A stretch of DNA of 64,000 bases from the human T2T-CHM13v2.0 reference genome, Homo sapiens, in NCBI RefSeq assembly GCF_009914755.1, contig NC_060937.1; one strand, written 5' to 3'. Shown piece by piece: positions 1 to 19,088 of this stretch. Position 1 is the stretch's first letter. Each line of letters starts with the position of its first letter. The position numbers and the translations under genes are program-made. Under the pieces are notes generated by a model. The model saw nothing but the letters and a program-made list of their open reading frames with translations. It was not told where the DNA came from and did not search any database.

Positions 1-2154
1 TCTCCCCATATTAGAGAGAGATGTGGTGATGATAGTGATTGTTGTTAGGAGATGTTTGTATTAAGCTTATTTGTAATAAGATTCTACCGAGTTGGCTGTT
101 GGATGAAAGTTGTTTAAATTGTTCTGCAGCTTTGTTTAACGAAGTAACATTTTGAGCAGTAGGCTTTATCAATAATTTGTTAGGCCTAAGATAAAGTGAT
201 ACTCTGTATTAGGCAGGGCTTGCCCTGGAGAGGGGTGCAATGGTAGAAAATACCCAAAACTTTGTGGGGAAGGAATATTTCGGGAAGCTGTATTCTTTCT
301 GCTTTACCTCTTGGGAAATTTAGAGACTGCCTTAGAACTAACAGGAGTGCTCAGTATGATTTGGCATACGGACTCTTGAATGACATGGACTGTATATAAC
401 GTATATTGGAAAAGAATACATTTGTGTTTCCTCTGTTAGTGTTAAAGAGCAACAAGAAAACTTAAGGATGATCTCCAACTCACTTATACATGAGAAATTA
501 GGTTCAGATTTTAATTTCATTGATTTATCTGAGGTCACAGTCATATTCATGTGGTGGAACTGGGGCAGCCCTTAGATATCCTGGAAGCTTAGAAGTTTCC
601 CCATTGTCTTTTTTTGTTCTATTCAGGATTTAGCAATATTTATTAATAAAAATTCAGGGTAGTACATTACCCTCCATCCCCTTCTCACCTTTTTATTCAT
701 TTAACCAAGAATAAAGTTTTGTGGTTAGCCGTCTGTTTCAGCGTCTGGTTTTTAATAATTTCTGTTTAGGATTCAGTCCATTTAGGTTGTCTCAGAAGAT
801 AGCCTCTTGTAGGTCTCTGTCTCCGGGAGCCGTCTTTCTTTGTGTAACATTACTTGACATGGCATTTATTTATTCTTTGTGAAACTTCTAAGAGTAATTT
901 GGGAAAGTTAGTATTGACCTTTGTTTTGTTACAAGATATAGTGCGTGCATGAGTATGCGTGTATTTTTTCATTTTTAAACTCAGTTTGCTACACAAGTCA
1001 TCTGTCACTTCTAGTTACAATAGGCGTTTTACTTGGTTTTCGTATTCCTGTTCGGGAATGTTAAAGATTCCAAAAATACTTAGTTTAAAAACAAGCCCAG
1101 TAGTTTCTCTGAGAGTGTATTTACTTTTTAAGTTTAAGAAGCTGCCAAATGGTTCGCAATTCTGACTCCTTGGAGAGTAGAGGTAAGAAGCCCTTTCCTC
1201 ACACTGTTCTGTTACAACCACTTGATTCTAACCATTTCCCCCCATTACTTGAAAAAGGTTTTAGAATCCTTTCTCATTAATTAGTTCAGAATTAAGAATA
1301 AATTTGCTGTGTTGAGACTGTAATTGTTTTAGCTGGCATGAGTGATCGTGCACAGTGAAAAAATCATGATAATAAAACTTAGATGAATAAAATTTATTTG
1401 TTCAAATCTTAAAGCCTTTGAGGTTTAAAAAGTATAATCATTGTGTTCTAATAATTAGACATTAATAATAAGTAGTAATTAAAAATACTTGGTTTAGCTA
1501 TGTAAAACATAAAAGCTAACAGGCTTGGGGGAAAGACTGATTAAAGTAAGAAACTATTTTGAGGCATCTTTTTAAGGACTAAAAGTATTCCACTAGCCTG
1601 CCATTCTCTTTTTTGACAGATAATTACCTGATTCAATTAAAATGAACAGGTACAAAACTTCCATATACATACAGTACCAGGGATGATGCACTAAACAGGA
1701 CTGAAGACACCCTGTCCTATAGAAGTGCAGAGTAGTGGTTGGCCATCCACAGCAAGGTGATGAGAGCTGAGACAGACCAGAGAGTAGGATCTCTGCTGTT
1801 ACTTAGTTCCGAAGGAGCAGGCCCTCCTTCCTTTTCAGTGGCAGTTGAGGTTGCTCTTTTTATGTGGGAGAGTGAAATTAGCCAAGATTAGATCCCATAA
1901 GGAGAAGGAGGGGCTCTTATAACCAAGACCATTGTCTTTCTCTAGAAGAGGATGGTTAGGGACCTGAAAAGAAATGAGATTTTGTGTTTCCTTAGGTAAG
2001 ATAGGATTCTTTCTCCTCAGAGGTGATTTTAGGGAAGTAATTGAAGATATTTTAAAGGAAAGCTCCATATCTCCAAAATATTATTTAGTAGCTGAAGTTC
2101 TACCAGGTAGTTTCAGTTAGCTTTCAGATATGGGATGCTTTGGGTTGGGTGTGG

Positions 2155-2223
2155 GGGTGAGAGTTGCAGGGGCAAGTTGCAGGGGCAAGATGCTGGGCAA
2201 ATTGCAGGGGTGAGAGTTGCAGG
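2155..2223. repeat. Short G-rich minisatellite (12-14 bp unit, ~5 copies: agttgcaggggca / gttgcaggggtgaga)
   Basis: Direct reading. Confidence 0.8.
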
Positions 2224-2455
2224 CCTTAAGTACTCTATTAGGGGAATAGAGTACCTAAAGAATTGTGTATTTTAAGTTAAAAGTTATACAGGTATATGGT
2301 AAAAAAAAAAAAAATTTAATGATAGAGTAAAAAATGTTACTTTTCTCCTCCCCCCACAGGTAATCCACTGTTAACAGTTTCTTAAAAGTTTACTTTAAAA
2401 AAAATTGTACAAAGAGTATTGTTATACTGTTGTACTGTAATTTACTATTTTATTT

Positions 2456-2753
2456 ATTTATTTTATTATTATTATTATTTTTTGAGATGGAGTCTCGCTC
2501 TGTTGCCCAGACTGGAGTGCAGTGGGGCAATCTTGGCTCACCACAACCTCCACCTCCTGGGTTCAAGTGATTCTCCTTCCTCAGCCTCCTGAGTAACTGG
2601 GACTACAGGCGTGTGCCACCATGCCCAGATAATTTTTGTATTTTTAGTAGAGACTGTGTTGGCCAGGCTGGTCTCAAACTCCTGACCTCGTGATCCGCCT
2701 GCCTCGGCCTCCCAAAGTGCTGAGATTACAGGCATGAGCCACCACGTCCGGCC
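2456..2753 (-). mobile_element. AluS (Sg-like) with (TTA)n tail and a small internal deletion
   Basis: Dimer; TSD tacta/gttttattt. Confidence 0.92.
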
Positions 2754-3585
2754 TACTGTTTTATTTTTTAACTGTGATTTACTTTTTTCCTTAGTTAAGT
2801 CACAAGCTCTTTTCATACTGGCACATACAGATCAACATAATTAAGAAATAATAAGAATATTTTATTATAACATAATTTATTTTTTCTGACTCCTGTTGAG
2901 TAGTACTACGTTGTAATAGTTTACATTGACCAGCAGCGTATGAGAATGCCTGTGACATGTATTTACCAACATTGGACTTTAAAAAACTATATTGCCAATT
3001 TGATATATGAAATTTGTCTTGTTTTGGGTTTGTATTTCTTTGTGAGTGAAGGTAAACATTTGTTTATATGCTTATTAGGGGGAGGCCATTTGCAACATAT
3101 TCTTTAATCAAGTGGTTTAATGCTAGTTTAATTTACTTGCTGCCCCCACCACCTACCTTCACCCTTACCTAAGAGCTAAGATGGTCTGAGAGAAGTGGGA
3201 CTTTAAGAAGAGGAAAAATATTTTGGGGCTCATGGCACCTTGACGGGGAGCAATGCTCTGAATGGAGAGGCTACAGCACCTGGCTTTGAACAACTCTGGG
3301 TCAGTATGAGAGTATTGAAAGCCCTTGACTTGGTGTAAACATAAGGTAGAAGAGAAGCTGAAGCGACACACAGGAAGGGAGATTTGAGAGTCAGGGCAAA
3401 TAAATTTTGTATAGAGTCAACCCCACCTTGTACCATCTGCTTATCCTGTCTCATCACTTCTCCCTCCCACCTTCAACTATCATTTCATTTTTATTCATAC
3501 TGTCATTTGGTTTTCTCCTCTTTTCCTGTCAGGCATGGCAGCCTGGACCTGGGTATTTCAAATGCCCCAGAGATGAGGTGTGCTT

Positions 3586-3897
<312 letters not shown>

Positions 3898-4048
3898 TAG
3901 AAGCTCTTGAGCACTTTTTCCCCCTCTGTCTCTTTGGTACTATTCCTTTCAGCTTTCGACTCTCCTAGCCTTCTGGGGTAACATAAATAGGTCAAGTCTT
4001 TATAGCTGTAGTTGGAATTCGGAAGGTCACTGGCATTTAAGACTTGAA

Positions 4049-4082
4049 CATAGGAGCATATATCACAATATATGCTCCTATG
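4049..4082. repeat. Perfect 15-bp inverted repeat with a 4-nt loop
   Basis: cataggagcatatat-caca-atatatgctcctatg. Confidence 0.95.
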
Positions 4083-4573
4083 ATATATCAGGATGTGATG
4101 CTTGATAAGTGGGGTCCCTTTCTAAGGAATGCAGAAGAGCATGGTGGTTAATTTAAGCATATAGACTTAAGAGTCAAGACAGCTTGGGTTTTTATCTCCT
4201 CTAGCTAAACAAGCAATTACCTAATCTTACTAAATCTCAACTTCTTAATCTGAACAGTGGGACTAACAGCAGAAACCTCATTTTTAAAAGCAGCTTTATT
4301 GAGATACAACTCACATACCATAATCCATTGAAAATACACAATTCATTATTTTTTAGGATACTCATAGGTTTGTGCAGCCATCATCACAGTCTGATTTTGG
4401 AACATTTTTGTCTTCTGTGAAAAACGCCAAACCAAATGTAAATGAGTAGAGCCATTACGGAGAATATTATGGGGGCTCCTCAAGAGGTGAGAAGGGATAG
4501 AGAGAGGTTGGCTAAAGGCTACAAAATTTAGCTAGATAGGAAGAATAAGTTCTAGTGTTGTACTGGGTGACTA

Positions 4574-5288
<715 letters not shown>

Positions 5289-7159
5289 ACATATTTTCAA
5301 CTAGCTAGAAGAGAGGCTTTTGAATGTTCCCAACACAAATAAATGATAAATGTTTGAAGTGATGGATATGTTAATTACCCCGATTTGATCATTACACATT
5401 GTATATGTTGAAGTATCACCATGTAACCCACAAACATGTACAATTATATGCTGGTTAAAAAGCATAAAAATAAAACCCCCGAACCTACTAGCTGTCACTT
5501 CCCATCACCCCTTATTTCTTTAGTGTTTGGGATAAGCCAGGTCAAATGCTTAGGTTGGTGCCAAAATGTAAGTACACAGTAAAAAAGCAGTTATAACTTT
5601 TTGCAGGGAGACTATGTGTGGCAAAGTCCATTTACATAGTTTTAGAGAATGCAAAAATGGGATAATTACTGAATGGATGTTTGCATACTTCCATACTGTG
5701 CAAGGATGTGGTGCACAGTGCTGGCTAGAGATACAAAGATGAAAGATACTCAATCAAGAGATGTATATTCAAGTGGGAGGAAAGAGGCTGGTATAAAAAT
5801 ACTTATAAAACAAGCCAGAGTATAGTTAGTGCCTTCAGGAAGGGCTCAATACAATATTTGGAATTGGAAACTTGACAAATGGAGATTAGTCATGTTACTC
5901 TGAGAGTACAGGAACTATGAAAAAATTCTTGAAGGAGCAACCATTTTGACCAAGTCTTAGATGATGGAAAGATGGGATTTCTGGCTTTAATGAAGAGTAA
6001 AGAATGCAATGCTTTTTGAAGTCTTAAACTATTTGTTTTTGTTTTTGTACCCTCATGCTGCTGCCAGATGATTGCCTCTGGAAGCTATTCCTACACCTTT
6101 TTTTGATGTTTCTAATCTGTTATGAACCTGGGGGACTAAATTAGTAAATAATCTTTTAGTGAGAGCCTGATGTCTGTATGAAAAGGATACCAATATATGG
6201 TCTTACGCTGTCGTTTTGATATAGTTGCTTTTTTAGTTTATTCTGTGGGTCTTGGTTTCATCCCTGTTAATTGGTCTTACAGAATAAGTAATTCCTAGAT
6301 AAATTAGCCTCATATACGTGTCTTCTTCTCCAAGGCTTCTAGTAACAACTATGTCCCCTGACCATTCTCCTGAATTTCCCATCTTCTTTTTCTAGTGCAC
6401 TGTTGGACACAACACCTCCAGTACAATATATCCCAAACTGATCTACCTTCTCTTACTCTTTAACATCTTTCCAACTTGTACCTTGATTAATAACAGATTT
6501 CTTTCTTAAAAAAAAAAATGTTGTAGGGGATGACATGACTAGGTTTATCATCATGCTAGAAACCTGGGAGTCATCTTGACTTCTCCATCTCCCCTACCTC
6601 TCACATTACATAAGTTACCAAATCCTGTTGATTCTGATATAGTATTTTTAAAGGTTATTATTATTTTAAATTATATGCACATATATACTCCAAAAGTAAG
6701 ACGGCAAAAAGGAAAAAGATACACAATAAAAAACCTCTCATTCCTTCCCCATTTGCCTCATTCCTAGACTCCCACAAAAGTTTATATATGTTAATGTTAT
6801 GTTATATCCTTCTGGGGGTTTCAAAACACAACTATGTAGAAGGAACCACATACTTAAACAAATAGTAACACATAGCATGGGATTTCCACAATAGAGGCAT
6901 ACACAGAGTCTGTGAGAAGGAGAAAGAACCACCATGCATTCCCTAAAAGAAGAGTTAGGTATTGGAAAAACCTTCCTATTGGGTCCTGAATAGAAGATGA
7001 AAAGGAGAACTTTGGACACGTGAATAAACCAAACTGAGCTGTTAATAAGCAGAGAACTATCAATTAGACACAGAGACAAAGGGTCTAACAATAGGATGCT
7101 AGAACATTTCATTGTTTGGGGGGTTCAAAGGACCTATAAGGAAATAAAAGAAAATGCTG

Positions 7160-7235
7160 GCAGCCACACACAGTGGCTTACATCTGTAATTCCAGCACTT
7201 TAGGAGGCCGAGGTGGGCTTCTTGAGGCCATGGAC
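7160..7235 (+). mobile_element. Short Alu left-arm fragment
   Basis: 'cagtggcttacatctgtaattccagcactttaggaggccgaggtggg'. Confidence 0.7.
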
Positions 7236-7399
7236 TTGCAGTTACTTTGGGATCTAGCAAAGATTTCAGCGCATTGTAGATGATGAATATTTATTGAATA
7301 TGTGTAATAATGTATATATACTAAACATATATGTGACAACCCAAGACAAGGAAAATTAATACAATATTAAGCTCACAGATTTATTTAGAAATATAAAAT

Positions 7400-8370
7400 T
7401 TTATTTTTATTGAGGTGTAATTAAAATACAGTAAAATGTGCAGATCTTAGCTGTTCACTTTGATGAGGTGTGATGATTATACACATGTAACCAATAACCA
7501 CAAGAAGATGTAGAGCATTTTTATTACCCCACAACGTTTCCTTGTTGCTCTCTCCATTCAATTTCTTTTGCCTCCAAACACTCTTTGATTTTTAAATGTA
7601 GATTAGTTTTGTTCTATCTTCATACAGTGTGTGCTCTTGTGTATCTGGCTTCTTTTGCTTAACATATTTTGAGATTCATCCATGGGGTTGGATGTATCAG
7701 TTTTTATTGCTAAGTAATATTTCATTGGGGGAATATTTCACAGTTTATCTTCTGTTGATGGACATTTGGGTAGAATCCAGTTTTTGACTATTATGAATAA
7801 GGCCTATACAGATCTTTTTGCAAGTGTGTGTTTTCATTTCTCTTGAGTAAATACCTAGGAATGGAATTGCTGGTTTGTAGGCATATGTGTGTTTAACTTT
7901 ACAGGAAACTAGTTTTTCAAAGTGGTTTTCCTTTTTATATTCCCACCTGAATATATGAATGTTCTAGTTGTTTTACATCCTCACCAACACTTGGTTAGTC
8001 AATCTTTTTAATTTTAGCTATTCTAGTGGGTGTGGAAGGGTATCTCATTGTGGTTTTATTTTGGATTTCCTTGATATCTAGTGATGTTGAGCACCTTTTT
8101 GCATGGTTGTTGACAGTATATTTTCTTTCGTAGGATGCCTCTTCAAGCTTTCTGCCCATTAAAAAATGGATTATCTTTTTACTATTGATATGCAGGAATT
8201 CTTAATGTACTCACGATACAAATTCTATGTCAGATCAGAGTATTAAGAGTATTTTCTCCTGTTTTGTAGCTTGCCTTATCTTTTTTTTAACAGTATTTTG
8301 ATGAGTGGAAGTTTTAAAATTTGATGAAGTCCAGTCAATCAACTTTTTGTTTTATGGATTGTGCTTTGAG
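7400..8370 (-). mobile_element. Old L1M (L1MB-ME) 3' fragment, continuing between Alus to ~12640
   Basis: 'tttattgaggtgtaatt...gatggacatttggg...tacctaggaatggaattgctgg'. Confidence 0.7.
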
Positions 8371-8371
8371 T

Positions 8372-8680
8372 TCTTTTTATTTTTTATTTTTTTGAGACAG
8401 CGTCTCACTCTCCCAGGCTAGAGTTTAGTGGCGCCATCATAGCTCACTGCAGCCTGGAACTTTTGGGCTCAAGCCACCCTCCTATCTCAGCCTCCTGAGT
8501 AGCTGGGTCTACAGATACGTGCCACCATGGCTGGCTCATTTTTTTTTTTTTTTGTATTTTTTGTAGAGATGGGGTTCGCCATGTTGCCCAGGCTGGTGTT
8601 GAACTCCTAGGCTCAAGTGATCTTCCTGCCTCAGCCTCCCAAAGTGCTGGGATTACAGGCATGAGCCAGTGTGCCTGGCC
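8372..8680 (-). mobile_element. AluJ
   Basis: 'catagctcactgcagcc' and 'gctcaagtgatc' J diagnostics. Confidence 0.9.
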
Positions 8681-8754
8681 CTTTAATTTCTTTTTCACAT
8701 GTTATTGCAGCATCTGGGATCTTCAATACAACATTGAAGAGAAATGGTGAGAGT

Positions 8755-8880
8755 GGCTGGGTGCAGTGGTATGGTCCTGTAGTCCCAACTACTTGGGAAG
8801 CAAGAGGATTGCTTGAGCCCAGGAGTTCGAGTCCAGCCTGGGTAACACAGAGAGACCCTGTCTCTTTAAAAAAAAGAAAG
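8755..8880 (+). mobile_element. Free Alu monomer (FLAM-like)
   Basis: About 125 bp monomer with an A tail. Confidence 0.8.
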
Positions 8881-8881
8881 A

Positions 8882-9249
<368 letters not shown>

Positions 9250-9417
9250 TTAAATGAGAGTGAACATCCTGGTCTTGTTCTGATCTTAAGGGGGAAGGCA
9301 TTTAGTCTTTCCCCAGTAAGTAGTATGTCAGCAGTGGATATTCTGTAGATTAAAAAAAAGAAAATCAGACGAGACGTTTCCTTCCAGTTTACTGGGATTT
9401 TAATTAAATCAAATTAA

Positions 9418-9720
<303 letters not shown>

Positions 9721-9819
9721 TTATTTTTAAATTATGAATGGGTGCTGAATTTTGTCAGATACCCTCTCTCCTTTTTGGTATTTATTGAGATTATTGTAGT
9801 TTTTAAATATTCCATTTTA

Positions 9820-9968
9820 TTAACTTATTTAGAGACAGGGTCTCACTGTATTGCTCAGGCTGAAGTGCAGTGGTGTACCCAGTTCACTGTAACCTCAAAT
9901 TCCTGGGCTCAAGCAGTCCTCCTGCCTTAGCCTCCTGGGTAGCTAGGACTACAGGCACATGCCACCAA
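9820..9968 (-). mobile_element. AluJ right arm / FRAM
   Basis: Right-monomer sequence only. Confidence 0.8.
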
Positions 9969-10105
9969 GAATTTCCTTTAATGTTGCATAATGCATAGGT
10001 CTAGTAATAGCATCAGTTTTCATTACTTTAAATATATCTATATTTTACTGTCATTTTTCAAGGATATTTTTGCTGGATATAGAATTCTCAGTTGATGGTT
10101 TTTTT

Positions 10106-10412
10106 TCTCTCTTTTTTTTTTTTTTTTTTTTGAGACAGAGTCTTGCCCTGTCACCTAGGCAGGAGTGCAGTGGCACTATCTCGGCTTACTGCAGGCTCCG
10201 CCTCCTGGGTTCACGCCATTCTCCTGCCTCAGCCTTCCGAGTAGCTGGGACTATAGGCGCCTGCCACGGCGCCCAGCTAATTTTTTGTATTTTTAGTAGA
10301 GACGGGGTTTCACTGTGTTAGCCAGGATGGTCTCGATCTCCTGACCTCGTGATCCGTCTGCCTTGGCTTCCCAAAGTGCTGGGATTACAGGCGTGAGCCA
10401 CCACGCCCAGCC
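10106..10412 (-). mobile_element. AluY
   Basis: 'ggttcacgccattctcc' and 'ttagccaggatggtctcgatctcc'. Confidence 0.92.
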
Positions 10413-10565
10413 TCAGTTTTTTTCCTTTAATCAATTTAAAGATGTCATTTTATTCTTCTCTGGTCTCCATTGTTTCTTTAACTTTCAACAATTTGATGTT
10501 GAAAGTTATTGTCATATAAATATAACATTCATATTGAGTAGGATAAAGTTATATTGAATTTGTGA

Positions 10566-10907
<342 letters not shown>

Positions 10908-10975
10908 TATTTGATTTGTAAGTTGATACTTTTTCCCAAAATTTGGTACATTTTAGACCTTACTTAAAAAATACC

Positions 10976-11319
<344 letters not shown>

Positions 11320-11699
11320 TTACACATTATTCTGTTTAAAATTGGTCCATGAGTATGTATTAATTTTTTTCTCTGTTTTTCAGAGACTCTTTTAAATGTT
11401 GTATCTAATGTGCAGTGAAGCCTGTTTTCAATGAATGCACCCTTCAGTTACAGTATTTTGTTTAAAAAATTCCATTTATCTGCCAAGATTCCCCATTGTG
11501 ACCATATTTTTCTTTTAAGTCTTTGAATATATTCATAATAGCTGTTTTGAAGTCCTTGTTTATTCCTTTGTCTGTATTAATGGACTTTTGACTCTTTTTT
11601 CCCCCTTGATAGTAGGTCACATTTTCCTGCTTCATTTCATAAATACAAAATTTTTGTTGTAGAGTGGATATGATACATCATATCTCTAAACTCTTTTTA

Positions 11700-12109
<410 letters not shown>

Positions 12110-13653
12110 TTACCAAGCCCTTCTCACTTGTCCAAACTTAAAGCTCATGTGTTCTCCGCAGTGGACAGCAGCTAAAATTGCTGCTGAGTTCTTTGAGCTT
12201 TTTAGTTGTTGTTTTCTTCTGGGATCCTTGGAATCTTCCCTGAGCATATGAAGTTCGGGGATCAGCAAATAATTTGAAGGAGTTTATATTTTTATATTTT
12301 TGAGGCTTCCCTACCGTAGCTCTCTCCTTTGAATTTTCCCTTTGATTTTCTAGCCACTTTGTAGCCTTGAATAAAACAGCTTTCTGCTTGAGCTCTATCT
12401 GCCCTATGCTGCTGCAAACTGGGAGTGTCCTCAGGAGTAATGCTGTACAAATTTGAATCTCCTCCACTATACTTCCCCTTCTTTCATGATCAGATCTCCA
12501 GTGTCTACTTGCTCTTGATTGCTTTCCTCTGTTTTCAAGTCATTCTTTAAAAGTATTTTTTTTCCCAGGGTTTATAATTGCTATTTGTGGAAAGATTATT
12601 TCAGTGAGTTTGCTGAATTCTATTCCACCATGTCCAGAACTGTTCACACTCATTTTCATTCATTTTAAACTGGGCGTTAAACACAGTTGCTAACTTAATA
12701 CACACCTTGTTTTAGAATAAGATAGAAACTCAGTATTGTTTCAGTCACATACACTTGATAAGAATAGGTTATTTGATGGAAAGCTAAGAGCTAATGAATG
12801 TTTATGAAGGCTGGTGAAAGGGATAGCCATATTTCTACTGTTGTCTCTTTTCCTCTTTATTAGCAGCAACCTGATAGACAGCAGTGGGACACATGGTACC
12901 AGGTGATACTGGAAGAAAATATCATTTTTCAGCTGTCTTTGACCTTTACCCCTCTTGATATTTCTACTCTGAGGAAAAAATACTAAAATGTAATTGTTTG
13001 TCTCAACTGCTTCTGTCTAAAAATAGATAGGGCTGTTGGACATTTATCTTTAAATGGTTAGGTAGGACCAGCTCAAGTCCAAAAGACCCTTTAGGATCAT
13101 TTTACAAATATTTGTTTGTGGCTCTGACTTTAGCTAAGCAGATTAAAGAAAAGGTATATTCAAGAGGGAACTACATTGAATTGGTTTTAGAGATGGCACA
13201 TACATCTTTTAATAAGTTGGTTATTTTGTATTGCCAGCACAAGTATAAGGGACAGTGCAGTTTAAATGCATTTATTAAAGTTGATTTTTCTTTTGAATTT
13301 GAACATTGTCCGTTTTGTTTTAATGTAAATGTAACTGTAAGAAGTTAGGTTTTAATATTTGATCTTGCTCCTTTAGGAAGTGAATGCATTCAAATGTTTT
13401 TCAGTTAAATTCTTTTTTTTTTAAATCCTTGTCTTTTTTTTAAAATTATACTTTAAGTGCTAGGGTACATGTGCACAGCGTGCAGGTTTGTTACATATGT
13501 ATACATATACCATGTTGGTGTGCTGCACCTGTTAACTCGTCATTTACATTAGGTATATCTCCTAATGCTATCCCTCTCCCCTCCCTTCCCCTCACCCCAC
13601 TACAGGCCCTGGTGTATGATGTTCCCCACCCTGTGTCCAAGTGTTCTCATTGT

Positions 13654-17445
<3,792 letters not shown>

Positions 17446-17508
17446 TATGATGTTAGCTGGTTATTTTGCTCATTAGTTGATGCAGTTTCTTCCTAGCATT
17501 GATGGTCT

Positions 17509-18519
17509 TTACAATTGGCATGTTTTTGCAGTGGCTGGTACTGGTTGTTCCTTTCCAGATTTAGTGCTTCCTTCAGGAGCTCTTGTACGGCAGGCCTGGT
17601 GGTGACAAAATCTCTGAGCATTTGCTTGTCTGTAAGGGATTTTATTTCTCCTTCACTTATGAAGCTTAGTTTGGCTGGATATGAAATTCTGGGTTGAAAA
17701 TTCTTTTCTTTAAGAATGTTGAATATTGGCCCCCACTCTCTTCTGGCTTGTAGAGTTTCTGCCGAGAGGTCTGCTGTTAGTCTGATGGGCTTCCCTTTGT
17801 GGGTAACCCGACCTTTCTCTCTGGCTGCCCTTAACATTTTTTCCTTTGTTTCAACTTTGGTGAATCTGACAATTGTGTGTGTTGGAGTTGCCCTTCTCGA
17901 GGAGTATCTTTGTGGTGTTCTCTGTATTTCCTGAATTTGAATGTTGGCCTGCCTCGCTAGGTTGGGGAAGTTCTCCTGGATAATATCCTGAAGAGTGTTT
18001 TCCAACTTGGTTCCATGCTGCCTGTCACTTTCAGGTACACGAATCAGATGTAGATTTGGTCTTTTCACATAGTCCCATATTTCTTGGCTTTGTTCGTTTC
18101 TTTTTACTGTTTTTCCTCTAAACTTCTCTTCTTGCTTCATTTCATTCATTTGATCTTCAATCACTCATACCCTTTCTTCCACTTGATCAGATCGGCTACT
18201 GAAGCTTGTGCATTCATCACGTAGTTCTCGTGCCATGGTTTTCAGTCCATCAGGTCATTTAAGGTCTTCTCTACACTGTTCATTCTAGTTAGCCATTCGT
18301 CTAATCTTTTTTCAAGGTTTTTAGCTTCTTTGCGATGGGTTCGAACATCCGGAGAAGTTTGTTATTACCGATCATCTAAAGCCTTCTTCTCTCAACTTGT
18401 CACAGTCATTCTCCGTCCAGCTTTGTTCCATTGCTGGCGAAGAGCTGTGTTCCTTTGGAGGAGAAGAGGTGCTCTGAGTTTTAGAATTTTTCAGCTTTTC
18501 TGCTCTGGTTTCTCCCCAT
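17509..18519 (-). pseudogene. L1 ORF1, disrupted
   Basis: Starts MGRNQSRKAE at 18519, then a +1 frameshift and stop. The C-terminal part is readable in ORF 17493..18164 (EIWDYVKRPNL...ARREWGPIF...YPAKLSF). Confidence 0.92.
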
Positions 18520-19088
18520 CTTTGTGGTTTTATCTACCTTTGGTCTTTGATGATGGTGACGTACAGATGGGTTTTGGTGTGGATGTCCTTTCTGTTTGTT
18601 AGTTTTCCCTCTAACAGTCAGGACCCTCAGCTGCAGGTCTGTTGGAGTTTGCTGGAGGTCCACTCTAGACCCTGTTTGCCTGGGTATCACCAGTGGAGGC
18701 TGCAGAACAGCAAATATTGCAGAACGGCAAATGTTGCTGCCTGATCCTTCCTCTGGAAGCTTTGTCTCAGAGGGGCACCTGGCTGTATGAGGTGTCAGTC
18801 GGCCCCTACTGGGAGGTGTCTCCAGTTAGGCTACTCGGGGGTCAGGGACCCACTTGAGGAGGCAGCCTATCCATTCTCAGAACTCAAACTCTGTGCTGGG
18901 AGAACCACTACTCTCTTCAAAGCTGTCAGACAGGGACATTTAAGTCTGCAGAAGTTTCTGCTGCCTTTTGTTCAGCTATGCCCTGCCCCCAGAGTTGGAG
19001 TCTACAGAGGCAGGCCTCCTTTAGCTGGGGTGGGCTCCACCCAGTTCGAGCTTCCCGGCCAACTTGTTTACCTACTCAAGCCTCAGCA

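Noticed and set aside
4049-4082. Hairpins here and at 36143-36182 as miRNA precursors or terminators
   Set aside because: 15-bp stems are too short for Drosha substrates, and intrinsic terminators do not apply to a Pol II intron.
6738-7112. 124-aa minus-strand ORF in unclassified sequence
   Set aside because: No recognisable protein similarity, poly(A) or TSD to support a retrocopy.
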